Assembly: GCA_963715635.1 (NCBI GenBank)
Contig: OY970261.1
Location: forward strand, 1,920,711-1,984,710
Reading direction: 5' to 3'
DNA length: 64,000 nt
Source: Candidatus Aminicenantes bacterium
GTDB taxonomy: Bacteria; Acidobacteriota; Aminicenantia; Aminicenantales; UBA4085
Shown here: piece by piece, positions 19,067-28,893 of the stretch
How the letters are laid out: each line of letters begins with the position of its first letter
Numbering within the stretch: the first letter of the stretch is position 1
Position numbers and translations under genes: made by a program
The notes under the pieces: generated by a model
Told to the model about the DNA's origin: nothing
What the model saw: only the letters and a program-made list of their open reading frames with translations
The model's database searches: none

Positions 19067-19775
19067 AGAGAAAATCCTCGATGGTGTCGATTTCGACCCA
19101 CGGCCTCTCGTCGGTCAAAAAGATGCCGAAATAGCGGCCGTCCCCTGACGGATGTTCACAGATGGCTTCAAAGCCTTTTTCGAAGAAATGGTGCAGCTCC
19201 CCGTGTCGCTCTAAATAGTCATAGATGCGAGATAGCTCTTGGATGAGGTCTCGGCTGATCTTATAAAGTCCGATCGCCTCGCCCAGGCTCTGCCCGGGAT
19301 CGACTTCCTTGCTGATCTTTTCCACGCGGCCGTGGCTGGCCCTGACCTTGACCTCCTCCGTATAGAGCGCGATTCTGGGATCCACGGCGATACAATTCTT
19401 GTCCGGATGGCGGAGGAGCCCTTGGAGAATGGCCTTGTCGAAGAGGACGTCCCCGTTGATCAAGACGAAATCCGAATCCATCTCTTTGAGCGCCAGGTTC
19501 AGGGAGTAGGCCGTGTTGGTGATTCTGAATTTTTCGTTATAGACAAAGGAGACATGGCGATATTTTTTTTCTCTGACGAGGGTTTCGATGGCTTCCTTTT
19601 TATAGCCCGTGACGAGCAGAACGTCCCGGATGCCCGCCGAGTTTAGGTTTTCCAGGCAGTACTCCAGGATCGTCTTATCGCCGAACTGGAGAAGGCATTT
19701 CGGCCTGTCTTTCGTTATGGGAAACAGCCGGCCGCCGCGGCCGGCGCACAAGATGACGGCTTTCATCGTATCCAT
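19029..19775 (-). CDS. Nucleotidyltransferase (LicC/IPCT-like cytidylyltransferase family)
   Basis: MKAVILCAGRGGRLFPITKDRPKCLL is the NTP-transferase G-loop. YNEKFRITNTAYSL resembles LicC/IPCT. Confidence 0.8.
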   Translation of the reverse strand: MDTMKAVILCAGRGGRLFPITKDRPKCLLQFGDKTILEYCLENLNSAGIRDVLLVTGYKKEAIETLVREKKYRHVSFVYNEKFRITNTAYSLNLALKEMDSDFVLINGDVLFDKAILQGLLRHPDKNCIAVDPRIALYTEEVKVRASHGRVEKISKEVDPGQSLGEAIGLYKISRDLIQELSRIYDYLERHGELHHFFEKGFEAICEHPSGDGRYFGIFLTDERPWVEIDTIEDFLYARREIFPKLCG

Positions 19776-19861
19776 AGGTTCGAACGGTTTATAAAAGGAG
19801 CTATTATGGTATTTTCTCCGTAAAAAGTAAAAGAAATTTTTGGCGCGAGGCGGGACCGCTC

Positions 19862-20584
19862 CTACATCTTCCAGGTGCCGGAGACGATCAAGTTTGTTCC
19901 GGTTACGGCCCGGGCTTCCTCGGAGGCCAAGAACAGGACGGCCTCGGCAATGTCCTTAGCCGTGCCCAGGGCCGCCTCATCGAACGTCCCGCCGGAAGGT
20001 AGGCGGCCGCCGCGGATCAATCCCGGGGAGACCATGTTCACGGTAATTCCGGAAGCCACTCCGGCTTTGGCCGCGGTCCGGGTCAAGATCAAGAGGCCGG
20101 TTTTGGCAACCGCGTAAGGTGTGATGTTGGGAAACGCCCCCAGATGCTCGGCGCGGTTATAGCCGATGTTGATGACTCTCCCCCATTTTCTCTTCCTCAT
20201 TCCAGGCAGGGCGGATTTCATGCAAAAAAAGGAGCTCAGCAGGTTTCCCCGCAAGATGAATTCCCAATCCATGCCGGTCAGAGTGTCCCAAGGTTTTTGA
20301 ATAAAAGGGCCGAAATCATTGACCAGGATATCGACCCGGCCGAACCTGGCTTCGACGCTATGGACCAGGCCCTCGGCCGACTTTTCCTTGGTCAGATCCG
20401 CGCGGAAGGCATGACTCACCTTCCCTTTCTGTCGGATCGAGCGAACGACAGCCTCGGCCGTTTCTCGATTTTCATGGTAATGAACGGCTACGCCGGCGGC
20501 GATATCAGCCAAGCGGATCGCGATCTCCCGGCCGATGCCCCGGCTCGACCCCGTAATAAGGGCAATCCTTTCTCTTTCCATCAT
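19862..20584 (-). CDS. SDR-family oxidoreductase (FabG-like)
   Basis: Contains ITGSSRGIGREIA (TGxxxGxG), NIG...YAVAKTG (YxxxK) and VNMVSPGLI. Confidence 0.85.
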   Translation of the reverse strand: MMERERIALITGSSRGIGREIAIRLADIAAGVAVHYHENRETAEAVVRSIRQKGKVSHAFRADLTKEKSAEGLVHSVEARFGRVDILVNDFGPFIQKPWDTLTGMDWEFILRGNLLSSFFCMKSALPGMRKRKWGRVINIGYNRAEHLGAFPNITPYAVAKTGLLILTRTAAKAGVASGITVNMVSPGLIRGGRLPSGGTFDEAALGTAKDIAEAVLFLASEEARAVTGTNLIVSGTWKM

Positions 20585-20621
20585 ATCCGCGGTGCGTCCA
20601 TTTTATCATACCTTTTCGCGT

Positions 20622-20650
20622 TTGATTTCAAATTTTTGCTGTGTTATAAG
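20622..20650 (+). promoter_or_regulatory. sigma70-type promoter for tdh
   Basis: TTGATT (20622-20627), a 17-nt spacer, then TATAAG (20645-20650), about 65 nt upstream of the ATG at 20715. Confidence 0.4.
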
Positions 20651-20714
20651 TTAATCTTTTCGTTCTTGTTCGTCTTCGGACAAACTCAATAGGCGAGTCA
20701 AGAGCAGGAATTAA

Positions 20715-21683
20715 ATGACGAAAATCATGGTCACCGGAGCCGCCGGCCAGATCGGCACGGAACTCATCAAGGCCCTGCGGCAGACCCACGGTACGGAAAA
20801 TGTCCTGGCCACCGATATCCAGGCCCCAGCCAACCCGGACATCAGTGAGTCCGGACCTTTTGAGTTCCTGGATGTCACACAAAAAAAGAAAATCGAGGAG
20901 GTCGTCAAAAAACACGGCATTAAGACCATTTACCATATGGCGGCGATCCTCTCGGCGACCGGAGAAAAAAAGCCCCAGCTGGCCTGGGATGTCAACATCA
21001 ACGGCACATACAATATTTTAGAATCGGCCCGGGAACACCGCGCGGCGAGGGTATTTATCCCGAGTTCGATCGCGGCCTTCGGTCCGGAAACACCGCGGAA
21101 AAACACGCCCCAGGAGACAATTCTCAGGCCGAAAACGATGTACGGCGTCACCAAAGTCGCGGGTGAGCTCCTCGGCAACTATTATGTGGAACACTTTGGC
21201 CTGGATGTGAGGGGCTGCCGCTTTCCTGGGATCATCAGCCATGAGACCTTGCCCGGGGGCGGCACGACAGATTATGCCGTTGCCATTTTTTTCGAGGCTG
21301 TAAAAAGCAGGCAATACAAATGTTTTCTCAAGAAAGACACGCGGCTGCCGATGATGTATATGCCGGACTGCCTGAAGGCGATCCTCGACCTCATGAACAC
21401 AGACTTTTCCAGGCTCAAGCACCACGTCGATTTCAACGTAACCGCCATGAGCTTCACGCCCGGGGAGCTGGCCGACGAGATCAAAAAACACATTCCGGAG
21501 TTTGTCTGCGACTACGAGCCCGATTTCCGGCAAGAGATCGCGGAATCCTGGCCGATGACGATCGATGATTCAGCCGCCAAAGCGGAATGGGGATGGAAAC
21601 CTGAATATAACTTGGCCACTATGGCCCAGGACATGCTTTCCGTGCTCTCCACGCGCTGGGCCGAAGGCCGGCTCGGCTATTGA
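20715..21683 (+). CDS. tdh: NAD-dependent epimerase/dehydratase-fold L-threonine 3-dehydrogenase (extended-SDR type)
   Basis: Contains MVTGAAGQIGTEL and YGVTKVAGE (YxxxK). The overall pattern matches the UDP-galactose-4-epimerase-like TDH family by eye. A kbl gene is present elsewhere in the window. Confidence 0.7.
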   Translation: MTKIMVTGAAGQIGTELIKALRQTHGTENVLATDIQAPANPDISESGPFEFLDVTQKKKIEEVVKKHGIKTIYHMAAILSATGEKKPQLAWDVNINGTYNILESAREHRAARVFIPSSIAAFGPETPRKNTPQETILRPKTMYGVTKVAGELLGNYYVEHFGLDVRGCRFPGIISHETLPGGGTTDYAVAIFFEAVKSRQYKCFLKKDTRLPMMYMPDCLKAILDLMNTDFSRLKHHVDFNVTAMSFTPGELADEIKKHIPEFVCDYEPDFRQEIAESWPMTIDDSAAKAEWGWKPEYNLATMAQDMLSVLSTRWAEGRLGY

Positions 21684-21696
21684 TCACAGACGGCCA

Positions 21697-23055
21697 TTAT
21701 CTCCAGCTGATGGGCTGGGCCAAGTCGGCTGCCACCGCCAAGGAAACCTTGGTTACAGAAACGGCAAAATCCATATTCAGCGTACTGAACGTGTCGGAAG
21801 TCCTGTGGTAATACGGGTTTTTGAGGGGATAATCTTCGATGCCCAGCGCGGCGCTGTAGCCCTGGTCCCAGAATGATGAGTGGTCGCTGTACTTCAAGGA
21901 GGGATTGACGGACTTGAAAATATCCAACAACCCATAGAGCTTGGCCATGACGATATACCTGTTGGCCAGCCATTCGGATTGCTGGTTGACCACGACATCC
22001 AAATCTTCAGGAATCTGGTCGGCATAGCCCAGCATGTCCAGGTTAATCACGCCCATGATTTTTTCACCCTTGCCCTTGGCTTCCTGGGCATAATGTTTGC
22101 TTCCGTAGAGCCCCCATTCTTCGGCCGAAAAACAGATGAACTTGATTGTATGATCGAATGAGTAACCGGCCAAGACGCGGGCGATCTCCATGACCGCGGC
22201 CGTTCCGCTGGCGTTGTCATCCGCTCCCGGAGCCAGCCAAGTGGGCTGGTCGCTGGTGGAATCGTAATGGGCGCAGACAATGACCTCCCGCTGAGGAGAT
22301 GTCCGGCCGCGCAGTGTCGCGACGATATTCCTTGAGGTGCTGTTTGAGGAGAAGCTGAACGGGTCGTACTCACACGGCAGGCCGAGCTGGGTGAAAAAGT
22401 TATATATAAAATTCCCCGCCGATTCGCAATTCGCCGTCGAGGCATACCGCGTCTGAAAATTTTGCAGGGTCAGGATATCAAGACTCAATTCAGCCTTGGA
22501 AACCTGGCCGATCAGAACCGGGATGAGGGGGTCAACAAAAGGAACCCTTGGAAATCGTCTGCCCACGGAAAACGGACTTTGGGCCGACGGAGGCTCAAAG
22601 ACCATCGGTCGAGTGTTTTCCAAGGACAACCGCTTGATCTCGAATTCCGCAGGAAGGACCTCCCTGGCTTCATCCGCATTGGACCAAAACAGGCAGTTGA
22701 GATCGTCCAGGGGAACAACATTGCCGAATTTTTTCAGGACCCCCGCCTGGCCGGGCTGCGGCGTGAAGACAAGAAAATATTTCTTGCCACGGGGGCTCGA
22801 ATCCAGCACCTGGCAGGAAATTCCTCTTTCGGCGAGGGCGGAGAGCACGTCCTCCGGCACTTCGGCGATCCAACACGCTTGGAGCTCTTCCAAGCCCTTG
22901 ATCCGGCGGAGATGGGCCGGAGGGATTTTGGCAGCGTCCTGCGTATCAAGCTTGATCAGGACCAGGTCCGAAGACTGTGGCGCCGAATAAAAAATGAAAG
23001 GCAGGAGGCAGAGCAGCAGCAAAATTTGCCGGCCGGAGATTCGACGCATGTTCAT
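21697..23055 (-). CDS. Secreted M28-family aminopeptidase
   Basis: Contains VIVCAHYDS, GADDNASGTAAVMEIARVL and FSAEEWGLYGSKHYA. Signal peptide MRRISGRQILLLLCLLPF. The start is ambiguous (23106, 23055 or 23049). Confidence 0.85.
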   Translation of the reverse strand: MNMRRISGRQILLLLCLLPFIFYSAPQSSDLVLIKLDTQDAAKIPPAHLRRIKGLEELQACWIAEVPEDVLSALAERGISCQVLDSSPRGKKYFLVFTPQPGQAGVLKKFGNVVPLDDLNCLFWSNADEAREVLPAEFEIKRLSLENTRPMVFEPPSAQSPFSVGRRFPRVPFVDPLIPVLIGQVSKAELSLDILTLQNFQTRYASTANCESAGNFIYNFFTQLGLPCEYDPFSFSSNSTSRNIVATLRGRTSPQREVIVCAHYDSTSDQPTWLAPGADDNASGTAAVMEIARVLAGYSFDHTIKFICFSAEEWGLYGSKHYAQEAKGKGEKIMGVINLDMLGYADQIPEDLDVVVNQQSEWLANRYIVMAKLYGLLDIFKSVNPSLKYSDHSSFWDQGYSAALGIEDYPLKNPYYHRTSDTFSTLNMDFAVSVTKVSLAVAADLAQPISWR

Positions 23056-23173
23056 TCTGACCATCCATTCATCCCCAAAAAACAAATAGCAGAAACAGTC
23101 CGACAATGCAAGCCGAAAAAGCCGTTGTCTTCGGCTGGCCTATGCACTACAATTCTGAACGAGGAGGAACATC

Positions 23174-24166
23174 ATGAAAAAAAGCCTGTTGTTTATCATC
23201 GTCGTCCTCTTGGCGGTGCCTTTGCTCGGCGCTGGAAAAAGTGCCCGGCCCGCCCATACCTACTCCATCGTCGCCCTTGACAAAGTTACGGGCGAGCTGG
23301 GCGTGGCCGTCCAATCACACTGGTTCTCCGTCGGGTCGGTGGTCCCCTGGGTCGAAGCGGGCGTCGGAGCCGTGGCCACGCAGTCCTTTGTCGAGGCCTC
23401 GTACGGGCCGCTTGGGCTCGAGCTGATGAGGGCCGGCAAGAGCGCGGACGAAGCCCTGGCCGCGCTCCTCAAGGCGGACAAAAATGAGGCCTCCCGCCAG
23501 GTCGGCATGGTGGATGCGCAAGGAAAAGTGGCGGCCCACACAGGAAAAAATTGTATCCCCGAAGCCGGCTATACGATCGGGGACGGCTTCTCCTGCCAGG
23601 CCAACCTCATGCTCAAAAACACGGTCTGGAAGGCCATGGCCCGTGCCTTTGAATCAACAAAAGGCGAGTTGGTGGATCGGCTGCTGGCGGCTCTCGAAGC
23701 AGCAGAACAAGAAGGCGGCGATATCCGGGGAAGACAATCAGCGGCCTTGATTGTCGTCAGGGGAAAAAGCTCGGGTGTTTGGTGGAAAGACAGGATCTAT
23801 GATCTAAGAATCGAAGACCATCCGAACCCGGTGGCGGAGCTCCGGCGGCTCATCAAGATCAACAAAGCCTACAATCACATGAACCAAGGCGATGAATACC
23901 TGACCGCGAAAAAAGTCGACGAAGCCGTCAAAGAATACACGAAGGGCATGGACATCTATCCCGACAATCCCGAGATGATTTTCTGGCCGGCGGTGACCTT
24001 AGCGTCCTCGGGAAAAGTGGAGGAAAGCCTGCCCCTTTTCAAAAAGGTATTTGCCATGGACGCCAACTGGGCCGTTCTGCTCCCCCGACTCCCAAAGGTG
24101 GGCCAGTTCCCTAATGATAAGAAGTTAATCCAGAAGGTCCTGGCCGTCGCCCCTAAGAAAAAATAG
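23174..24166 (+). CDS. Secreted DUF1028 (Ntn-hydrolase fold) protein with C-terminal TPR-like tail
   Basis: A signal peptide is followed by TYSIVALDKVTGELGVAVQSHWFSVGSVVPWVEAGVGAVATQSF, the DUF1028 signature with an N-terminal Thr after cleavage. GAGGAGG RBS. Confidence 0.7.
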   Translation: MKKSLLFIIVVLLAVPLLGAGKSARPAHTYSIVALDKVTGELGVAVQSHWFSVGSVVPWVEAGVGAVATQSFVEASYGPLGLELMRAGKSADEALAALLKADKNEASRQVGMVDAQGKVAAHTGKNCIPEAGYTIGDGFSCQANLMLKNTVWKAMARAFESTKGELVDRLLAALEAAEQEGGDIRGRQSAALIVVRGKSSGVWWKDRIYDLRIEDHPNPVAELRRLIKINKAYNHMNQGDEYLTAKKVDEAVKEYTKGMDIYPDNPEMIFWPAVTLASSGKVEESLPLFKKVFAMDANWAVLLPRLPKVGQFPNDKKLIQKVLAVAPKKK

Positions 24167-24272
24167 AGGGCGGGGCCCCCTGAGGATATTTGTTCAGCCG
24201 CTTGATCGGCTGCGGGTAGCCCGATCTTGCCGTCGCGTGCGCCATTTTGGACCTCATCCTAGAAAACAAAGA

Positions 24273-24301
24273 TTGATTTGTCCAATAATAATTTCTATAA
24301 T
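24273..24301 (+). promoter_or_regulatory. sigma70-type promoter for the APC permease gene
   Basis: TTGATT (24273-24278), a 17-nt spacer, then TATAAT (24296-24301). This implies the ATG at 24326, not TTG 24278, is the start codon. Confidence 0.55.
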
Positions 24302-24325
24302 CGGGGCTTCTATTTAGAGCGAGAG

Positions 24326-25807
24326 ATGGCCGATCCGAACGAGAAAAAGCCTTTGGAGCTGAGCCGGGAGCTCGGGCTCATTGCCGCTATCGCCTGCGGC
24401 GTCGGCTCCATCATCGGGTCCGGCATCTTCAAAAAACCGGGGCTGATGGCTTCGCAGCTGGGGTCGCCGCAGCTTTTGATCGCGGTCTGGGTCGTGGCGG
24501 GGATCATGACGCTCTTCGGCGCCCTCAGCATCGCCGAGATCTCGGGAATGTTCCAGGACCCCGGCGGCCAGTATATCTATTTCAACAAAGGCTTCAATAA
24601 TTTCATCGGGTATCTTTACGGCTGGGCCGTCTTCATCGTCATCCAGACCGGTTCGATCGCCTCGATTGCCTACGTTTTCTCGGATTCCCTGGGTTACTTC
24701 TTTAAATTTCCAAGGCTGCCCGCGGCTTTGGAGAATTTTTCTATCCCCATCCCCTTTATCGGAAACATGACGCCTTTCCGTTTTATCGGACTGAAGCTGT
24801 GTACGATCGCCCTCATCATATTTTTGACGACAATCAATTATCTCGGCGTCAAGTTCGGAAGCGCGATCCAGGTCGTTTTCTCAACGCTCAAAGTGCTGGT
24901 CATCGGGGCGATCGTCGTCCTGGCCTTTACCCTGGGCCACGGCAGCTTGGGCAACTTCATCCAATCCGCGGCCCTCGGCGGGGCGACCTCCAGCTCGGTT
25001 TTTCTCATGTTCATTATGGCCATGGCCGGCGCCTTCTGGGCCTATGACGCTTGGATCAACGTCACTTATATGTCGGGCGAGATCAAGAACGTCCAGAAAA
25101 ACCTTCCCCGGGCTATCGCTATCGCCGTGCTGATCGTCATCGTCGTCTATGTGCTCGTGAACCTGGCCTATATCTACATCATTCCTGTCAGCGATATGGC
25201 CCAAAAATACCGTCAGGCCGAAGCGAGCGGCGGCAGTTATCTTGTCGCCATTGACGTCGCCAATAACTTTCTGGGGAAATGGGGCGGCGCCCTGATCGCT
25301 ATCGCCATTATGATTTCCACGTTCGGGGCGGTGAACGGGACGACGATGATGTCGGCCAGGGTCTACTTTGCCATGGCCAGGGAAAAGCTCTTTTTCAGAA
25401 AGCTCGGTCATGTCCACCCGAGATACAGGACGCCGGGCAATTCGCTCATCGTCCAGGGCATCTGGGCCTCGGTGCTGGTTTTGAGCGGAACATTCGACCA
25501 GCTCACGGACATGCTGATCTTCGTCAGCTGGATCTTTTACGCGCTGGCCGCCGCCAGCGTTTTCACCTTGCGAAAAAGAATGGCCGACGTGCCGCGGCCT
25601 TATAAAGTCTGGGGATATCCTTTCACTCCGATTATTTTTATTGTTTTTGCCTCTGTTTATATCATCTTCACGCTCTACACAAACGTCATCAATTACACAA
25701 GCCACAAGGTCCCCCTGATCAATTCCTTGATGGGATTGCTCTGGGTAGCGATCGGGATTCCGGGGTATGTTTATTGGAGCTTGAAGAAAAGAAAATCTGC
25801 TATTTAA
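24326..25807 (+). CDS. APC-superfamily amino acid permease
   Basis: About 12 TM helices. GVGSIIGSGIFKKPG is typical of the APC/LAT family. Confidence 0.85.
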   Translation: MADPNEKKPLELSRELGLIAAIACGVGSIIGSGIFKKPGLMASQLGSPQLLIAVWVVAGIMTLFGALSIAEISGMFQDPGGQYIYFNKGFNNFIGYLYGWAVFIVIQTGSIASIAYVFSDSLGYFFKFPRLPAALENFSIPIPFIGNMTPFRFIGLKLCTIALIIFLTTINYLGVKFGSAIQVVFSTLKVLVIGAIVVLAFTLGHGSLGNFIQSAALGGATSSSVFLMFIMAMAGAFWAYDAWINVTYMSGEIKNVQKNLPRAIAIAVLIVIVVYVLVNLAYIYIIPVSDMAQKYRQAEASGGSYLVAIDVANNFLGKWGGALIAIAIMISTFGAVNGTTMMSARVYFAMAREKLFFRKLGHVHPRYRTPGNSLIVQGIWASVLVLSGTFDQLTDMLIFVSWIFYALAAASVFTLRKRMADVPRPYKVWGYPFTPIIFIVFASVYIIFTLYTNVINYTSHKVPLINSLMGLLWVAIGIPGYVYWSLKKRKSAI

Positions 25808-26348
25808 GCAGTTCGTCCCTGGTGACCAATCCGATGAATTTATAGCCCTTGGCTTCCAGGTTCTCCCGGCCCCCTTCCTGCCGGTCCACGATGGCGATGG
25901 TCAAGGCGACAGTTCCCCCTTCTTCCTCAACCGCCTGGCAGGCCTTCAACGTCGAGCCGCCCGTCGTGCAGACATCATCCACGACGCAGACTCTCCAGCC
26001 TTTCTGGAACGGGCCTTCGATCATCTTACGCTCGCCGTGCTTTTTCGGTTCCTTGCGGACGATAAACGCGGGCAACGGCCGTTTGGTGTTCGCGCTTAAG
26101 GCCGCGACAACGCTGACGATGGGATCGGCTCCCAGGGTAAAGCCGCCGATGGCATCGATGGCATGCGGCTGGAGAATGTCCAGGATCATCCGGGCTACGA
26201 GGTTGGCGCCCTTCGGGTCCAGGGTAGTCATTTTGGCATCGATATAATAATTGCTGGTGCGTCCCGAGGTCAGGATCCTTTCCACGCCGGTGATCAGGGA
26301 TTTTTCTTTGATGACTTTTATGAGTTCCTGTTTGATGGCGTCACTCAT
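25800..26348 (-). CDS. pyrE: Orotate phosphoribosyltransferase
   Basis: TSGRTSNYYIDAK, and VCVVDDVCTTGGST as the PRPP-binding motif. 182 aa. Confidence 0.9.
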   Translation of the reverse strand: MSDAIKQELIKVIKEKSLITGVERILTSGRTSNYYIDAKMTTLDPKGANLVARMILDILQPHAIDAIGGFTLGADPIVSVVAALSANTKRPLPAFIVRKEPKKHGERKMIEGPFQKGWRVCVVDDVCTTGGSTLKACQAVEEEGGTVALTIAIVDRQEGGRENLEAKGYKFIGLVTRDELLK

Positions 26349-26361
26349 ATCGGCAGGCTCC

Positions 26362-28581
26362 TTATTGAGATATTTTGTCTATTTTAATGCCCTGGTAATA
26401 CTTTTTCAATATGTCTTCATAGGTCGCGCCCTTCTGGGCCATGCGATAGGCGCCGACCTGACACAGGCCGACGCCGTGACCCCAGCCTTTTCCGGTGAAG
26501 ATAAAATGCGTGATCTGTCCTTCTCCATTCTGCTGCCGGTCGATGACAAAAAGATTGTCTCTCAGGCCGAGCACTTGGCGGATCTTCAAGCCGGTGACGC
26601 GCACCTGGCTTTCCCGACCGATGATGGACATCTCGATCACTCTTTTCGATACGCCCCTTTTCTGAGGAATCAGGTCGATGAGCTTCCCGATGGGATAATA
26701 CAAGTTGACTCTGGCCTCCAGATCTTCCCGGGAAACCCTTGCCTGCCACCGGTGAAATTGAGATGGCTGGTCCAGGATATTGGTGATGGGCAAGGGGAAA
26801 ACTTGGATCAGCCGGACCTTGCCGTCGATTTCTATCCATTTCACGGCTTCTCCCCCGGAAAAATCTATGGACGTGGGGAAGACCACAGTATCATCAAAAT
26901 TTTCTAAGAGGAAAAGGTCCGGGGAAAGCTCGACCTGTTTTTTCTCACCGTCTTCCATCACTTCGATCATACGATCGTTCACTGACCGGAAATTTCCCTG
27001 GTGATAGAAGTCTTTGTAGGTCGCGATGATTTTATAGAGATAATAGGCCGCTTCGCCCCGCGTCAGGAGGCGTTCTCTGTTTACGAGGTCCGAGGAAACC
27101 GGGAAAATCCCTGCCGAGACAAAATAAGCCAGATCGTTCTTTTCCTCCGTATTGAGAGTTGCAGCCTCCCTCAGGATATGGTCGGCTTCGCTTTTTAAAA
27201 GGAGATTCCGCACTCTGTCTTGCCATCGAAAAGCGTCGATCAAAAGTCGAGCATAGCGGACAAAATTAATGGGGACACTTTCCGGAATGGACATTTCATT
27301 TTTTTTGCCGACAAGCGCTAACCCATTTCGGACCCAGTTGATGACTTCATCAAAAACCGCCGGCTCCTTGAATTGCGCTGGGTCTGTTTGGAGAGGCAAG
27401 ACGTTAAGGGCCATGAGATACGCCAGCTTCGGGCTGATGTCTATTCCGCCTGCATGGATCGAAGCAAGAACCGCCGAGCCGAGCAGCGTCCAGACCCGTT
27501 CGTTTTCCATTATACATTCTGTACTCTTCAAGTAGGGCACGGAGCCGCCTTCGAACATATTCTCGATATTCTCGGTCGCACCTCCGCAGGTGCTCGTATA
27601 AAGGGCATTGATCAGCTTGCCGTCATAAACTGCCACCTGGCCCACGGTCTCTTCGACCGCCTGATTGCTCAGGGGATGCTCGATCGTGATCCCTTCGTAG
27701 ACCTGGGAGATGGGCGTCGCAAAAAGGTCGAATCCCAGGTCTTCAAACTGACCGATATTTTTTAGTGCATAGGTCCTGGCGGCCACGGCCTGGGCCTTAA
27801 GGGCCTCGAGCTCCGCGAAACTATAAGGGGAAAGCTCGCCCGGGACGACGCCCTTGAGGTAATCCTCGAGGTTCAAGATATTGATCAGGAGGATCCCCTT
27901 CCGACTCCCTTTCAGGATCATAATTCCACGATAGCTGTGCCCCCCATAGGAGAGGAAGCTCTCGGGGCTGACGGGAATAAAATAGAGCGCCGTCTCTTGA
28001 TTCAGGTTGATGAGTTCGTCATTGACCAAAACCCATTGTGGCTTGGATTCCGAAGCCGCCACTTCTTCTCTGACAATCCATGCGTCCTTGGTCCCGATCT
28101 GGGTTAATTTTCTTATGAAATCCAAGGCTTCGCTGCGGGTTAAGAAATCGCCGACGCGGACTTGGAAGATGCCTTCCAACGGATTTTCTTTATCTTCAAT
28201 CACATAGACCCGATTATCGATTTTGGACCTAAGCTCCCGGGCCGCATCCTCGGCTTTATCCTTTCCCTTGATCTGGGCGACTTGGACGATAAACTTCTCC
28301 GCTAATCTCTCCTTATGACCTTTAACTCTAACTTCAGAGGCATTTTCAGCCAGCAGCTTATAGCTCCCGTTGACCTGGTAGATCTTCATACCGGAAGAGG
28401 ACCGGATGAGGATATTGTCCAGGTTGACACCGAGAGCGATGCGAACAACAGGCTTTTGGATCAAAAAGCCATGGAAAAAGACGTTTTCCTGGCCGAATTC
28501 GGAAGGCTGGCCGCCGATAAAGAACCAGACCAGAAAGCTGAGCATAAAATATTTTCTGTGTCGGCGGATGATTGTTGGCAT
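26362..28581 (-). CDS. SpoIID/LytB-domain protein with SPOR-like domain (cell-wall remodelling)
   Basis: YTSTCGGATENIENMFEG and GHGVGLCQVGAYRMAQKGATYEDILKKYY are SpoIID hallmarks. The N-terminal region VQVAQIKGKDKAEDAAREL...FQVRVGDFLTRSEA is SPOR-like. Confidence 0.85.
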   Translation of the reverse strand: MPTIIRRHRKYFMLSFLVWFFIGGQPSEFGQENVFFHGFLIQKPVVRIALGVNLDNILIRSSSGMKIYQVNGSYKLLAENASEVRVKGHKERLAEKFIVQVAQIKGKDKAEDAARELRSKIDNRVYVIEDKENPLEGIFQVRVGDFLTRSEALDFIRKLTQIGTKDAWIVREEVAASESKPQWVLVNDELINLNQETALYFIPVSPESFLSYGGHSYRGIMILKGSRKGILLINILNLEDYLKGVVPGELSPYSFAELEALKAQAVAARTYALKNIGQFEDLGFDLFATPISQVYEGITIEHPLSNQAVEETVGQVAVYDGKLINALYTSTCGGATENIENMFEGGSVPYLKSTECIMENERVWTLLGSAVLASIHAGGIDISPKLAYLMALNVLPLQTDPAQFKEPAVFDEVINWVRNGLALVGKKNEMSIPESVPINFVRYARLLIDAFRWQDRVRNLLLKSEADHILREAATLNTEEKNDLAYFVSAGIFPVSSDLVNRERLLTRGEAAYYLYKIIATYKDFYHQGNFRSVNDRMIEVMEDGEKKQVELSPDLFLLENFDDTVVFPTSIDFSGGEAVKWIEIDGKVRLIQVFPLPITNILDQPSQFHRWQARVSREDLEARVNLYYPIGKLIDLIPQKRGVSKRVIEMSIIGRESQVRVTGLKIRQVLGLRDNLFVIDRQQNGEGQITHFIFTGKGWGHGVGLCQVGAYRMAQKGATYEDILKKYYQGIKIDKISQ

Positions 28582-28616
28582 GATTGCTGAACTAAAGTCT
28601 ATTTTTTAATGGCTTG

Positions 28617-28646
28617 ATTATAAGCTTGTCTTTTTAAGATTGTCAA
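28617..28646 (-). promoter_or_regulatory. Consensus sigma70 promoter for the spoIID-like gene
   Basis: The minus strand reads TTGACA (28646-28641), an 18-nt spacer, then TATAAT (28622-28617), about 35 nt upstream of the ATG at 28581. Confidence 0.6.
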
Positions 28647-28745
28647 GCAAAAAATCTATATATGCTACCTCTTTTTTAAATTTCTACTATATATTGTATT
28701 TACCTTGGCGTTAGGTGTGCCTTACGATAGCCAAGATTAGACTGC

Positions 28746-28794
28746 ATGTCAAGCAGAATTTTCTAATTATCTATTTGAGGGCGCACTTTCCGGC
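28746..28794 (+). repeat. Direct repeat copy A (intergenic): a degenerate copy of the 3' end plus downstream flank of the 29945..33346 gene
   Basis: ATGTCAAGCAGAATTTTC...TATCTATTTGAGGGCGCACTTTCCGGC is about 80% identical by hand alignment to 29924-29971. Its reverse complement still reads AGKCALK-stop, compared with AGKWALNK-stop in copy B. Confidence 0.7.
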
Positions 28795-28893
28795 AGGAAA
28801 AGGATGTGCCCTTGACCCCCGTTAAAAGCCGGTGATATAACTAGGCTCGGTTTCGCTTTTTCGTAAGGATTAAACCAGAAAGGCGGCACGCCG

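Noticed and set aside
28641-28657. TGTCAAGCAAAAAATCT as a third partial copy of the repeat flanking the methyltransferase gene.
   Set aside because: The shared part is essentially the reverse complement of the -35 hexamer TTGACA plus an A/T tract. It is better explained as the spoIID-like gene promoter than as a repeat copy.
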